DNA of 64,000 nucleotides from positions 384,386 through 448,385 of the forward strand of contig CAMOOO010000001.1 of NCBI GenBank assembly GCA_946621465.1, in the 5' to 3' direction. Shown here piece after piece: positions 28,981-39,289 of this stretch. How positions within the stretch are numbered: position 1 is the first letter of the stretch; each line of letters starts with the position of its first letter. The notes beneath the pieces were generated by a model. The model did not search any database. It saw nothing but the letters and a program-made list of their open reading frames with translations, and was not told where the DNA came from. Made by a program: the position numbers and the translations under genes. The DNA comes from an uncultured Clostridia bacterium (GTDB lineage: Bacteria; Bacillota; Clostridia; Christensenellales; DTU072).

Positions 28981-30945
28981 TCAGGTTAACGAAACGTCCC
29001 CAAGTGAAAAATCACGTATCTCGTCGTATAATAGCGGCGCAATTTCATTAAGGTTGATTTTATCGACAATGCGGGATGCTTTATTAAGGACGGAAAGGGT
29101 CAACCCCTCCAGTGTTCCGCTCCCCGATTGCTCCAGTCCGAAGATGTCTCCTCCACCGCGCAACTCAAAGTCTTTTTCTGCAATTTCGTATCCATTGCTA
29201 CATTTAACCATGGTTTTTAAACCATCTGTCGGTTCTTTCTCCGTATACAAAAAGCAATATCCATCAAGCGTTCCCCTGCCGATCCTGCCGCGTAATTGAT
29301 GGAGAGTAGCAAGTCCGAAGCGTTCTGCATCGCATATAACCATTACCGTTGCATTGGGAACGTCTATGCCGACTTCCACAACCGTAGTAGACAAAAGCAC
29401 TTTTTTCTCATTTGAATAAAACGCGTCAAGGACGCTTTGTTTTTCATCTTGATTCATTTTACCATGCAAAACGCCCAGCCACTCTTCGGGGAAGTACTGC
29501 GTCAGTTCGTCGGTTAATTGTTCTACAGAATCCATTTCTACGCCCTCGTTGTCATATATCCTAGGAGCAATGACGTATGCCTGCTGGCCGTTTTCGCATA
29601 CGCGATACACGTATTCCCACATATCCTCTCTTTTATTTCCGGCAACAATACGCGTTTTGACCACGTTTTTTCTCGGACGTTCTATAGTAAGAAATTCCAC
29701 TTCTCCATATGCAACCAGTCTTAACGATCGAGGAATAGGGGTTGCACTCATTGTAAGCACCGCGACATCCTTTCCTTTGGAAATAAGTTTCGTTCTTTGA
29801 GCAACGCCGAATCGATGTTGTTCGTCGGTTACGATCAATCCAAGATCGGGTATGGAAAGACAATCGTTCAGTAAGGAGTGCGTACCTACGATTATATCGA
29901 TTTTTCCCGCTTCCGACAAAAAATAGAGATCTTCTTTTGCGCTCTTTTTCGACGCTCCGGTAAGAAAACCGACATTGATACCCAACGAAGAAAATAATGA
30001 TTTTATTAAAGAATAGTGTTGTTTTGCAAGTATAGAAGTAGGTGCCATAAATGCGACTTTATATCCATTTTTAATTACAAAATAGGCTAATAATACAGCA
30101 ACTATCGTCTTTCCGCTGCCCACGTCGCCGCATAAAATTGCATTGAGCTGTTCGCCATTTATCAGATTATCCGTTAATCTTTTTACAGCATTCAGCTGAC
30201 TATCGGACAGCTGAAAAGGTAGTTGATTTATTACGTCGGAATAATCAATTTGACGAAAATCAGCGTGATAGCAACCTTTATTCAGATTCTTAACGTATCT
30301 GAATGCACTTATTCTTTTCAGCGTTTTTTCTAGCATTATCCTTTCTTTTCCATCATAAAATAGCATTTTATCCGGGAAATGAACAACTCTATATGCTTCT
30401 TCCAAGCTAATCAGTCCGCACTCTTTTTCCAGCGATGAGGATAGTACGCTTTTACATTTATAGAGCGGAAAAGCCTCTTTGACAATATTGGAATATACCC
30501 CTTGCGGAATAAGCCCTCTCGTCTTATATACCGGATGAACTCCGGTCAATTTTTTGCCATCGATGATATCTACTTTCGGGTTGACAAAAGTGATGTTTTT
30601 GTCGATTTTTACCTTTCCGTAAAATATATAATTTTCACCGATTTTTAAGGTTTTTAAATAATAATCCTGATTGTAAATAATTAGCTTTATCGTTAAATTT
30701 CCGCTTATTACCTTTCCATGTAAAACAGTTACTTTTTTACTTTTAAACTTGCGACTAAGTTCCGTCAATTTCCCGGTAAAAGCACAAAAGTCTCCGTCCG
30801 AGCAAGACTCCAAAGAAAAAGCCGCGTCCATGTCGACGTAGCTTTTCGGAACGGTTTCAATGAGTTCTTCAACGGTGTTGATACCAAGTAAATTGAATTT
30901 TTTTGCCAGAACGGATCCGACGCCTTTTACGGTAACAAGATTCAT
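28981..30945 (-). CDS. recG: ATP-dependent DNA helicase RecG
   Basis: 654 aa. Has GDVGSGKT (Walker A), DEQHRFG (DEAH-type box II), an N-terminal wedge/OB region, and conserved position after yloV. Confidence 0.9.
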   Translation of the reverse strand: MNLVTVKGVGSVLAKKFNLLGINTVEELIETVPKSYVDMDAAFSLESCSDGDFCAFTGKLTELSRKFKSKKVTVLHGKVISGNLTIKLIIYNQDYYLKTLKIGENYIFYGKVKIDKNITFVNPKVDIIDGKKLTGVHPVYKTRGLIPQGVYSNIVKEAFPLYKCKSVLSSSLEKECGLISLEEAYRVVHFPDKMLFYDGKERIMLEKTLKRISAFRYVKNLNKGCYHADFRQIDYSDVINQLPFQLSDSQLNAVKRLTDNLINGEQLNAILCGDVGSGKTIVAVLLAYFVIKNGYKVAFMAPTSILAKQHYSLIKSLFSSLGINVGFLTGASKKSAKEDLYFLSEAGKIDIIVGTHSLLNDCLSIPDLGLIVTDEQHRFGVAQRTKLISKGKDVAVLTMSATPIPRSLRLVAYGEVEFLTIERPRKNVVKTRIVAGNKREDMWEYVYRVCENGQQAYVIAPRIYDNEGVEMDSVEQLTDELTQYFPEEWLGVLHGKMNQDEKQSVLDAFYSNEKKVLLSTTVVEVGIDVPNATVMVICDAERFGLATLHQLRGRIGRGTLDGYCFLYTEKEPTDGLKTMVKCSNGYEIAEKDFELRGGGDIFGLEQSGSGTLEGLTLSVLNKASRIVDKINLNEIAPLLYDEIRDFSLGDVSLT

Positions 30946-32555
30946 CCTATACTGATATAATAATCGTAATGAGGCTGTCCGCCGTTAAAGTAGCGCACCT
31001 CGGCATCGGGCAACAATTCCATTACCTTATCCGATAAGGATTTAGCCGATTCATCAGTAACGTCTATTCCGTAGTACAGGTCAACAACACAAATGTCGTC
31101 CGGCGAATACTTTTTCAAAACGTCCAACACAACGTCATCCACTTCGTCACCTCTTGCTATAATTGTGTTATTGATAGCAATAACGTCGCCGGTATTTACT
31201 GTAAATCCGTCCGCATCAGCATCCTTAACTGCGTGCGTAATTTCAACCGAATTAATGTCGCTAATTGCGTCGGTCATATTTACTTTGTTGCTTTCTTCAT
31301 CCGCTTCCGGATCATATGCTGTCAACGCGGCGATACCTTGCAAAACGTCCTTGGTCGGAATAACGACCAAAGTGCAGTCAACCAATTTCATTGCCTGCTC
31401 GCAGGCTAAAATTATATTTTTATTATTCGGTAAAACGTATACGACGTCGGAATTAACCTTCTTTACGTTGGATACAATATCGTCTACACTGGGGTTCATA
31501 GTCTGTCCCCCTTCCATAACGTCAACGCCAAAGTCATTGAATATATTTTTAAATCCATTTCCCGTGCAGATGGACAGAATTCCCGATTTCGTATGTTCTT
31601 TCATCTTTCCGCCATGAATACGGTTGTATTGTTCGCGCATATTTTCAATCTTCATACCATCAAGATCACCTAATTTCAACGCGTATTCCAACGCAACATT
31701 AGGTGTATTGGTGTGGACGTGGACTTTTACAGCAGATAAATCGCCGACAACAAGCACGCAATCACCGATTTTACATAACTTATCACGCAATTTATCGATA
31801 TCGGCAAGCGTAGTTTGCTTTTTTAAATTGATAATAAAATACTCCGTGCAGTATGTAAACGTTATATTCTCGTAATCATTTTCAAAATCAGCAGATATAA
31901 CGGGCGCAGGAGAAGTCTCTTCATCCGGCTCTTTCATTTCAATGCCGACAAGCGCATTATACATTCCCTGAAGGATACATATGAGGCCCTGACCGCCGCT
32001 ATCTACCACCCCTGCTTTAGCAAGTACGGGCAAAAGTTTTGGCGTATCGGCAAGTACTTCTTCTCCGCGTCTTATTATCTTAACCAAAAAATCACCGAAA
32101 TCAGTAGTGCGTCTTGCCGTTCGTTCCGAAAAATCGCCAATCAAACGAATGACAGTGAGCATCGTTCCTTCTTTGGGATTAACAACGGCATCGTAGGCTT
32201 TTTCCGAGCCGGCTTTCAATGCCTGAGCAAAAACCTTCGTCGTGATATTTTTTTCGGATGCAAGAACTCCGGTAAATCCCTTCAGAATCTGACTGAGTAT
32301 AACACCGCTGTTTCCTCTGGCGCCTTTTAAAGCCCCACCGGATATGGCGGAGGCAATCGCACGGATATCGTCGTCGGAAGTCGCATCCATTTCACGAATA
32401 GCCGACGTAATGGTTAGCGTCATATTGGTCCCGGTATCGCCATCCGGCACGGGGAAAACATTTAAATTATCGACATACGTTCTATTGATAGCGAGATTCA
32501 CCTTCCCGCCTCGGAACATATTTTTTATATCGCTTCCGCTAAGAAATTTCTTCAT
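30942..32555 (-). CDS. yloV: DAK2-domain fusion protein YloV
   Basis: 537 aa. The N-terminal Dak2 motif is VPDGDTGTNM. Shows the conserved asp23-yloV-recG synteny and a 4-nt overlap with recG. Confidence 0.85.
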   Translation of the reverse strand: MKKFLSGSDIKNMFRGGKVNLAINRTYVDNLNVFPVPDGDTGTNMTLTITSAIREMDATSDDDIRAIASAISGGALKGARGNSGVILSQILKGFTGVLASEKNITTKVFAQALKAGSEKAYDAVVNPKEGTMLTVIRLIGDFSERTARRTTDFGDFLVKIIRRGEEVLADTPKLLPVLAKAGVVDSGGQGLICILQGMYNALVGIEMKEPDEETSPAPVISADFENDYENITFTYCTEYFIINLKKQTTLADIDKLRDKLCKIGDCVLVVGDLSAVKVHVHTNTPNVALEYALKLGDLDGMKIENMREQYNRIHGGKMKEHTKSGILSICTGNGFKNIFNDFGVDVMEGGQTMNPSVDDIVSNVKKVNSDVVYVLPNNKNIILACEQAMKLVDCTLVVIPTKDVLQGIAALTAYDPEADEESNKVNMTDAISDINSVEITHAVKDADADGFTVNTGDVIAINNTIIARGDEVDDVVLDVLKKYSPDDICVVDLYYGIDVTDESAKSLSDKVMELLPDAEVRYFNGGQPHYDYYISIG

Positions 32556-32584
32556 TTTTCCTCACTTATAGTAATGGAAGAGAA

Positions 32585-32935
32585 CTATAATCGCATACCG
32601 AGAACGTGTACCTCGACTGATTTAACGCGCATACCCGTAAAGTTCTCGACATGGTAAATAACTGCCGATTTTAAACTGTTGACAACAGCCTCGGTATTAA
32701 CGCCGGAAGCAATCAAACAATAGATATCGATATATATCCTATTGTCAACAGTAACAAGTTTAATTCCTCTTCCAATGGGTTCTTTATTAAAAAGCATAAG
32801 GACGCTGTCACTAAGTTTACGACTGACAAGTTCAGCTACGCCGTAACAATCCATTGCAACTTTTTTTATAACGAGCGCTACGGCATCGTCGGAAACGGTA
32901 ATATTACCGTAAATGTTGCTTGTGTGCAGTGCCAT
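32585..32935 (-). CDS. Asp23/Gls24-family envelope stress protein (YloU-like)
   Basis: 116 aa. Has the typical Asp23 N-terminus (ITVSDDAVALVIKKVAMDCYGVAELV) and is divergent from rpmB as in Bacillus. Confidence 0.8.
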   Translation of the reverse strand: MALHTSNIYGNITVSDDAVALVIKKVAMDCYGVAELVSRKLSDSVLMLFNKEPIGRGIKLVTVDNRIYIDIYCLIASGVNTEAVVNSLKSAVIYHVENFTGMRVKSVEVHVLGMRL

Positions 32936-33033
32936 TATGTCTTCCTTTTTATAAAAAATATATTTTTACATATATAGGTTATCATTCTGATAAAAAAAAA
33001 TCAAGTAAATTACAAAAATTATAAAAAAAACAA

Positions 33034-33062
33034 TTGCATTCATTTCCATTTCAGTGTATAAT
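33034..33062 (+). promoter_or_regulatory. SigA-type promoter of rpmB
   Basis: TTGCAT (33034..33039), 17 nt, TATAAT (33057..33062), about 28 nt upstream of the rpmB ATG. Confidence 0.7.
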
Positions 33063-33090
33063 TGTTCAGACATATTTGAGGAGGTCAATT

Positions 33091-33279
33091 ATGAGCAGAG
33101 TTTGTTGTATATGCGGAAAGGCACGTGTGAGCGGAAATAGTATCAGCCACAGTCACATCAAAACCAGAAGAGTCTGGAATGTAAACGTGCATAAAGTCAA
33201 GGTCACCGATGAAAAAGGACATACCTCTTATCAATACGTTTGCACACGTTGTCTCAGGACTTTGAAAAAAGACGCGTAA
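33091..33279 (+). CDS. rpmB: 50S ribosomal protein L28 (zinc-ribbon C+ form)
   Basis: MSRVCCICGKARVSGNSISHSHIKTRRVWNVNVHKVKV... is canonical L28. GAGGAGG sits 7 nt upstream of the ATG at 33091. The tracked start 33034 is an upstream extension. Confidence 0.92.
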   Translation: MSRVCCICGKARVSGNSISHSHIKTRRVWNVNVHKVKVTDEKGHTSYQYVCTRCLRTLKKDA

Positions 33280-33296
33280 TTTGTTTTTTAGACATA

Positions 33297-33332
33297 TAAA
33301 AAGAATGTCGAAACTATCGGCATTCTTTTTTA
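33297..33332. terminator. Bidirectional terminator between rpmB and nifS
   Basis: AAGAATGTCG (33301..33310) pairs with CGGCATTCTT (33318..33327), with one U-G/A-C position. It is flanked by A and T runs. Confidence 0.75.
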
Positions 33333-33351
33333 TAAACTTTTTTACACTAAT

Positions 33352-34533
33352 TTATATCCTATCCCCTTCCGAAGACGAATATTTAATAAGATCAGAGTCG
33401 GGAGAAAGCCGACAAACGGCATCAATAATAACCTGCGCCGCATAATCAATTTCTTCCGCTGTATTATACTTGCCAAAAGAAAAACGTATAGATGAACGAG
33501 CTTCTTCGGGCGTCTTGCCGATTGCAAGCAGAACGTGAGAAGGTTCCAAACTGCCTGCTGAACAAGCAGAGCCGCCGCTTGCAGCAATCCCATTCATATC
33601 AAGTAACGTCAAAAGAGCCTCGTTTTTTACTCCAGTAAAACATAGATTTATTGTTCCTTTTAATCTGTTGTTGCCGCCATTTATTTGACATATCGGTAGC
33701 GCTCGCAACATTTTTCCTATAAATTTGTCACAGAGATCTTTTATTCTTTCGCCGCTTTCTTTCTGTTCATCTCGGCATAATTTCAGTGCTTCCACCATTC
33801 CGACAATACCGGGCGAATTTAGCGTTCCGGCTCGCTTACCACTCTCTTGCATTCCTCCAAAGAGATAATTACCTAGCGGAGTCCCCTGCTTGACGTATAA
33901 GAATCCAACGCCCTTCGGACCGTAAAACTTATGCGCTGAAGCAGAAAGTAAATCGACGTCAAGTTCACGAACATCTATATTCTCCGAGCCTATCGCTTGG
34001 ACTGCGTCGGTATGAAAAAGTACGTTATTTTTATGACAGACATCCGCAATCTGCCGGATAGGTTGTATAGTGCCGATCTCGTTATTAGCATACATAACCG
34101 AGACTAAAATTGTTTCCGGTCTGATTGCTTTTTCTATATCATCTACACTTACATAACCCTCGTTGCTTACGCCGATATAAGTAACATCATATCCTACCGT
34201 TGATAAATATTTACAGACAGCCAAGACGGCAGGATGTTCAAATTGTGTGGTGATAATATGATTTCCTTTGTGTCTTAAAGACTGAGCAACACCTCTTATC
34301 GCCCAGTTATCACTCTCTGTTCCACCCGATGTAAAAAAGATTTCCGATTGAAAACAATTTAGTAAAGATGCGATATCCCGCCTCGACCGGTCAATAGCAG
34401 ACATTGCCTCACGGCTGAATAAATGCACACCGGATGCATTCCCATATATATCTCGCATATACGGGAGCATTTTATTTAACACACGCTCATCCAGCGCCGT
34501 CGTAGCAGCGTTATCTAAATATACTTTTTTCAA
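33352..34533 (-). CDS. nifS: Cysteine desulfurase (NifS/IscS family, PLP-dependent)
   Basis: 393 aa. Has the PLP-lysine motif SASAHKFYGPKGVG and the active-site loop GGSACSAGS. Confidence 0.88.
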   Translation of the reverse strand: MKKVYLDNAATTALDERVLNKMLPYMRDIYGNASGVHLFSREAMSAIDRSRRDIASLLNCFQSEIFFTSGGTESDNWAIRGVAQSLRHKGNHIITTQFEHPAVLAVCKYLSTVGYDVTYIGVSNEGYVSVDDIEKAIRPETILVSVMYANNEIGTIQPIRQIADVCHKNNVLFHTDAVQAIGSENIDVRELDVDLLSASAHKFYGPKGVGFLYVKQGTPLGNYLFGGMQESGKRAGTLNSPGIVGMVEALKLCRDEQKESGERIKDLCDKFIGKMLRALPICQINGGNNRLKGTINLCFTGVKNEALLTLLDMNGIAASGGSACSAGSLEPSHVLLAIGKTPEEARSSIRFSFGKYNTAEEIDYAAQVIIDAVCRLSPDSDLIKYSSSEGDRI

Positions 34534-34536
34534 ATT

Positions 34537-34848
34537 TTACAGATTTCCCTTGACAAAATCAATAATAGCTTGACTGTTTTTAGGACCAACAAACCGATTA
34601 ATTTCCTTTCCGTCTTTAAACAAAATGACGGTGGGGACGTATTCGATTTTATTTTCTATTGAAAAAGAATTACAATCGTCAACGTTGACTTTGCAGCAGA
34701 ATACGCCAAGTTTTTCTATCTCTCCCGAGGCGTTCTCAAGCTCCGGTCCAAGCATTTTGCAAGGTCCACACCAATCGGCATAAAAATCAACGAGCGCGTA
34801 TTTTTGACTGGCAATAACATCCGTTTTTTCTTGTGAAAGAATAATCAT
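34537..34848 (-). CDS. trxA: Thioredoxin
   Basis: 103 aa with the WCGPCK active site. Confidence 0.9.
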   Translation of the reverse strand: MIILSQEKTDVIASQKYALVDFYADWCGPCKMLGPELENASGEIEKLGVFCCKVNVDDCNSFSIENKIEYVPTVILFKDGKEINRFVGPKNSQAIIDFVKGNL

Positions 34849-34861
34849 AAACTCCTCCTTA

Positions 34862-36109
34862 TTATTTCAGTATTTTATCTAATTCCGATATTCTACATTC
34901 CGTCTGACCTTTTAGCATCATGTCTTTTACCGTCACAATGCCCTTTTCTACCTCATCTGCACCCAACACAACGACATATTCATATCCGCATTTGTCGGCA
35001 TATTTCATCTGTGCTTTTAAACTACGTTCTACGATATCGCTATCAGCACAAACACCCTTAGCGCGAAGATCTGCTACCAACTTCATCGCAACAGGATACT
35101 GTTCCTCTCCGAGCGGAGCAATATAAACTTTTCTTTTCGGCGCGTCGCCAAAACTGATTCCAAGACTTTCCATAACCATAATCAGTCTTTCAAGTCCCAT
35201 ACCAAAGCCTACTGCAGGCACTTCTTTACCGCCAATCTCTTTGCAAAGATTGTTATATCTTCCACCGCCGCAAACCGTCCCCTGCGCACCGATAGAAGTA
35301 GACACAAATTCAAAAACAGTTCCGGTATAGTAGTCGAGTCCACGGACGATCTTCGGGTCCAAAACGTATTCAACACCGAGTGTATCTAACGCAGTACACA
35401 ATTTCTTCTGGTGATTTTTACAATCGTCGCATAAATAATCGCTGACAACGGGAGCTTGTTCCGCAACCGCTTTACACGTCTCGACCTTACAATCAAGAAG
35501 CCGAAGGGGGTTCTTCTCCAAACGCTCCAAGCAAGTCGGACAAAGTTCATTCTTTCTATTGGTGAAATAGGCAATAAGAGCTTTGGAGTATTCTTTTCTG
35601 CATTGAGAACAACCGATACTATTTAAGTGAAGCACCAGTTCTTTTACGCCAACTTCAGAAAGAAAACTCTTTGCTAAAGAAATGACCTCTGCATCGGCAT
35701 AAGGAGAATAACTACCGTATAATTCTATTCCGAATTGATGATGCTCGCGTAATCTCCCCGATTGCGGTTTCTCATATCTGAAAACGGGAGTAAGATAAAA
35801 CATCTTCGTCGGTTGCGGAGCGTTATCCAGCCCATTCTCCGCAAAACATCTGGCGACGCCCGCTGTCCCTTCCGGTTTCAGAGTCATACTCCTACCGCCT
35901 TTATCGTCAAAGGTATACATCTCTTTATTAACAATATCCGTCGTTTCTCCTACGACGCGCAAAAATAATTCCGTATGCTCAAACACCGGCGTTCTTATCT
36001 CTTTTACGCCAAATCTGTAGCATACGCTACGAATACGTTGTTCGAGATAGTGCCATTTATAACTTTCTTCTGGTAGGACGTCTTTGGTCCCTTTGGGTAG
36101 AGTGATCAT
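34862..36109 (-). CDS. hisS: Histidine--tRNA ligase
   Basis: 415 aa. Has motif 2 VFRYEKPQSGRLREHHQFGIE, motif 3 GGGRYNNL, and a C-terminal anticodon-binding domain. Confidence 0.92.
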   Translation of the reverse strand: MITLPKGTKDVLPEESYKWHYLEQRIRSVCYRFGVKEIRTPVFEHTELFLRVVGETTDIVNKEMYTFDDKGGRSMTLKPEGTAGVARCFAENGLDNAPQPTKMFYLTPVFRYEKPQSGRLREHHQFGIELYGSYSPYADAEVISLAKSFLSEVGVKELVLHLNSIGCSQCRKEYSKALIAYFTNRKNELCPTCLERLEKNPLRLLDCKVETCKAVAEQAPVVSDYLCDDCKNHQKKLCTALDTLGVEYVLDPKIVRGLDYYTGTVFEFVSTSIGAQGTVCGGGRYNNLCKEIGGKEVPAVGFGMGLERLIMVMESLGISFGDAPKRKVYIAPLGEEQYPVAMKLVADLRAKGVCADSDIVERSLKAQMKYADKCGYEYVVVLGADEVEKGIVTVKDMMLKGQTECRISELDKILK

Positions 36110-36117
36110 TTTTCTCC

Positions 36118-37431
36118 TTAAATAATGTATTTACGTAAGTTCATTGTCTTCAATGCTTTTTCAAGATGTTTTTGGACGTATTCTCTATCTACGATTATTT
36201 CTTTCATGTCCCCTTCTCCGTCTGCGTTAAAGGATACTTCCTCTAAGAGCATTTCCATAATGGTATGCAACCGACGCGCGCCGATGTTTTCTTTATTTTC
36301 ATTTTCCATATAAGCGATTTTCGCCATTTCGCAGATCGCGTCGTCAGTGAATTTAATATCAATTTTATCAACCTTAAGTAGCTCGGCATACTGCATAATG
36401 ATAGCGTTATCAGGCTCTTTCAGTATTCTGATAAAATCATCCTCAGTCAAACTATTCAAGTCAACCATTACGGGGAATCTGCCCTGCAACTCCGGGATAA
36501 GATCGCTGACTTTAGCAATATGGAAGGCACCGGCCGCAATAAACAACATAAAATCGGTCTTCACGTTCCCGTATTTAGTTGAAACGGTACATCCTTCAAC
36601 GATAGGCAGAATATCACGCTGGACGCCTTCTCTACTGACGTCGGGGCCTCTTCCTTCTCCCTTCGATGCGATTTTATCCATCTCGTCGATAAAGACGATA
36701 CCGTCCTGTTCCGCACGCATAAGCCCTTCTTGATTGATAGCATCCATATCAATCATCTTATCAGCCTCTTGGCTGACAAAAATTTTAAGTGCGGCAGCGA
36801 CGTTCATCTTTCTTTTCTTCTTCTTTTTAGGCATAATGCTATTAATTATCTCACCGAAATTATTATCATTGCCGCCCCCCATAGGTCCAAGTTGCAATTG
36901 TTTCGGTGCTTCTTCCACCTCAATTTCCACGGGGATATTGTCAAGCTTTCCGCTTTCCAGATCGGCAATCAATTCCTGTCTGATTGTTTCCTCATCCATC
37001 TCCGGATGGGCTTTTCTCTTAATCGGCAAAATTGCGGAAACAATTTTATTGACGGCGATTTCTTTTGCCTTGGGTTCCACTTCGGCGAGCTTCTCTTCCT
37101 TAACTAAGCGAATAGCAACCTCGACTAAATCACGAACCATGCTCTCAACGTCGCGCCCGACATAACCGACTTCGGTAAATTTGGTTGCCTCAACTTTTAC
37201 AAAAGGCGCTTTAACAAGTTTAGCAAGTCGTCGGGCAATCTCCGTTTTTCCGACGCCCGTCGGCCCTTTCATAATGATATTTTTCGGAGTGATCTCATCG
37301 CGCATTTCTGCCGGCAGCATTCTCCTTCTGTATCTATTTCTGAGAGCGACTGCCACAGCCTTTTTGGCCTCGTATTGACCGATGATGTATCTATCTAATT
37401 CCGTTACTATTTGTTTAGGCGTCAATTCCAT
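36118..37431 (-). CDS. hslU: ATP-dependent protease ATPase subunit HslU
   Basis: 437 aa. The N-terminus is [34 protein letters not shown]. Walker A is GPTGVGKT. Confidence 0.92.
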   Translation of the reverse strand: MELTPKQIVTELDRYIIGQYEAKKAVAVALRNRYRRRMLPAEMRDEITPKNIIMKGPTGVGKTEIARRLAKLVKAPFVKVEATKFTEVGYVGRDVESMVRDLVEVAIRLVKEEKLAEVEPKAKEIAVNKIVSAILPIKRKAHPEMDEETIRQELIADLESGKLDNIPVEIEVEEAPKQLQLGPMGGGNDNNFGEIINSIMPKKKKKRKMNVAAALKIFVSQEADKMIDMDAINQEGLMRAEQDGIVFIDEMDKIASKGEGRGPDVSREGVQRDILPIVEGCTVSTKYGNVKTDFMLFIAAGAFHIAKVSDLIPELQGRFPVMVDLNSLTEDDFIRILKEPDNAIIMQYAELLKVDKIDIKFTDDAICEMAKIAYMENENKENIGARRLHTIMEMLLEEVSFNADGEGDMKEIIVDREYVQKHLEKALKTMNLRKYII

Positions 37432-37442
37432 GATTTACCTCC

Positions 37443-37979
37443 CTATACAGTCTCGACTACAATATTCGTGTTTGTAAAAATACAGATATCACTGGCAATT
37501 TTCATCGCTTTGCGTACAATTTCTTCTGCCCCCATATCTGTATTATCCATCAATGCGCGTGCCGCACTGAGAGCGTAATTGCCGCCGCTCCCGATCGCGC
37601 AAACGCCGTATTCCGGCTCGATGACGTTTCCATCGCCGCTTATCACATATAAATTATCTTTATCGGCAACGATCAACATTGCTTCCAAATTACGTATGCT
37701 GCCTGTTCTCCATAATTCTGCCAATTCAACAGCCGACCGCATGAGGTTCCCGGAGTATTTTTGCAACATTCCTTCAAATTTTTCGCTCATAGTAAAAGCA
37801 TCGCTCACCGTCCCGGCAAAGCCGATAACGACCTTATCATCATATATTCTTTTTACTTTTTTAGCATTGCCTTTCATTACAATACTGTTTCCCATGGTGA
37901 CCTGTCCGTCCCCCGCAATAGCAGTGATGCCATTACGTTTTACTGCACAGATAGTAGTTCCTTTCATGTCCATAATCAA
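37443..37979 (-). CDS. hslV: ATP-dependent protease subunit HslV (CodW-like)
   Basis: The [12 protein letters not shown]-terminal nucleophile region is preceded by a 3-7 residue propeptide. Possible starts are at 37979, 37973 or 37967. Contains GSGG. Confidence 0.88.
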   Translation of the reverse strand: MIMDMKGTTICAVKRNGITAIAGDGQVTMGNSIVMKGNAKKVKRIYDDKVVIGFAGTVSDAFTMSEKFEGMLQKYSGNLMRSAVELAELWRTGSIRNLEAMLIVADKDNLYVISGDGNVIEPEYGVCAIGSGGNYALSAARALMDNTDMGAEEIVRKAMKIASDICIFTNTNIVVETV

Positions 37980-37990
37980 GTCTCCTTTTT

Positions 37991-39289
37991 TTATAATCTG
38001 GTTATCGTTTCCACATATTGTTCCATATCGGTCAATGCTCTGCCCGCATATGCTTCTTTACGCTTCTGTTTGTCTCTTATTCCTTCTATAACAGGAAGAA
38101 GAGGAAATCCGACGTGCATCGGTTGAAAGTTCATATTGGGAGAAGTGACATATTTCATCAATCCCCCAAATAAGGTGGTCTCCGGCATCGCAATAAATGT
38201 CTTATTGCGATATTTACGGTCAAGATTGATTGCTACGATCAAGCCGCACATTGCCGACTCCATATAGCCTTCCACACCGCTGATCTGCCCGGCAAAAAAC
38301 ACTTTTTCATTGCCAACAAGGCTGAAATCAGCATTAATCACCTTTGGTGCATTGATAAAGGTGTTGCGGTGCATCACTCCATACCGAACAAACTCCGCTT
38401 CTTTTAATGCCGGAATCAATCCAAAAACTCTCTTTTGCTCGGAGAACTTCAGGTTTGTCTGAAATCCTACAAGATTATACAGTCTCCCCGAAGCATCCTC
38501 TTTTCTTAACTGCACGACCGCATATGGTCTTTTTCCTGTTTTGGGATCGGTCAGTCCCACCGGACGCAACGGCCCGAAACGAAGTGCGTCGTCGCCGCGT
38601 CCTGCCATCACCTCAACCGGCATACACGCCTCGAATACCTCTCCCTTTTCAAATTCGTGCAGAATCACCTTTTCGGCGTTTTTTAATTCAGTCACAAAAC
38701 TCTCGTATTCTTCTTTATTCAAGGGCAGATTTAAATAATCTTCCCCACCCTTTCCATACCTTCCGGCAAAGAAAGCATGGTCCATGTCGATACTTTCCGA
38801 CGTGATAATCGGAGCAACTGCATCGTAGAAATGCAGTTCGTCCGACCCGGTCAATTCGGCAATTTTTTTTGTCAAATTATCCGACGCAAGTGGTCCTGCC
38901 GCAATAACCGTCCAATCATCGATTTCCGTGTGCTCCTCGCGAATGAGATGAAAATCCGGAAAAGACGTTAGCCTTGTTTGCACTCTTTCAGCAAACTCAT
39001 CCCTATCGACGGCAAGAGCACCCCCTGCCGGAACGGAACACTCCTTTGCTTGGTTTAGTATCAAACTATCCAGTAGTTCCATTTCCTTCTTCAACGCGCC
39101 TTGTGCGGTGATCGGGTCATTGGACTTCAGACTGTTACTGCATACCAATTCGCATAATTTATTCGTTTTATGAATCGGCGTTTGCTTAATCGGTCTCATT
39201 TCGTAAAGCTCGACTGAGTACCCTCTCTTTAATAGCTGATATGCGCACTCGCACCCGGCGAGTCCGCCGCCGATTATTTTTATCGTCAT
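37991..39289 (-). CDS. trmFO: Methylenetetrahydrofolate--tRNA-(uracil54-C5)-methyltransferase TrmFO (Gid)
   Basis: 432 aa. Has the FAD fold [15 protein letters not shown] and the topA-gid-hslVU synteny of Firmicutes. Confidence 0.88.
   Translation of the reverse strand: MTIKIIGGGLAGCECAYQLLKRGYSVELYEMRPIKQTPIHKTNKLCELVCSNSLKSNDPITAQGALKKEMELLDSLILNQAKECSVPAGGALAVDRDEFAERVQTRLTSFPDFHLIREEHTEIDDWTVIAAGPLASDNLTKKIAELTGSDELHFYDAVAPIITSESIDMDHAFFAGRYGKGGEDYLNLPLNKEEYESFVTELKNAEKVILHEFEKGEVFEACMPVEVMAGRGDDALRFGPLRPVGLTDPKTGKRPYAVVQLRKEDASGRLYNLVGFQTNLKFSEQKRVFGLIPALKEAEFVRYGVMHRNTFINAPKVINADFSLVGNEKVFFAGQISGVEGYMESAMCGLIVAINLDRKYRNKTFIAMPETTLFGGLMKYVTSPNMNFQPMHVGFPLLPVIEGIRDKQKRKEAYAGRALTDMEQYVETITRL

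Noticed and set aside
36110-36117. Expected T-box leader upstream of hisS
   Set aside because: Only 8 nt separate the hslU stop from the hisS start. hisS is simply co-transcribed in the hslVU array.
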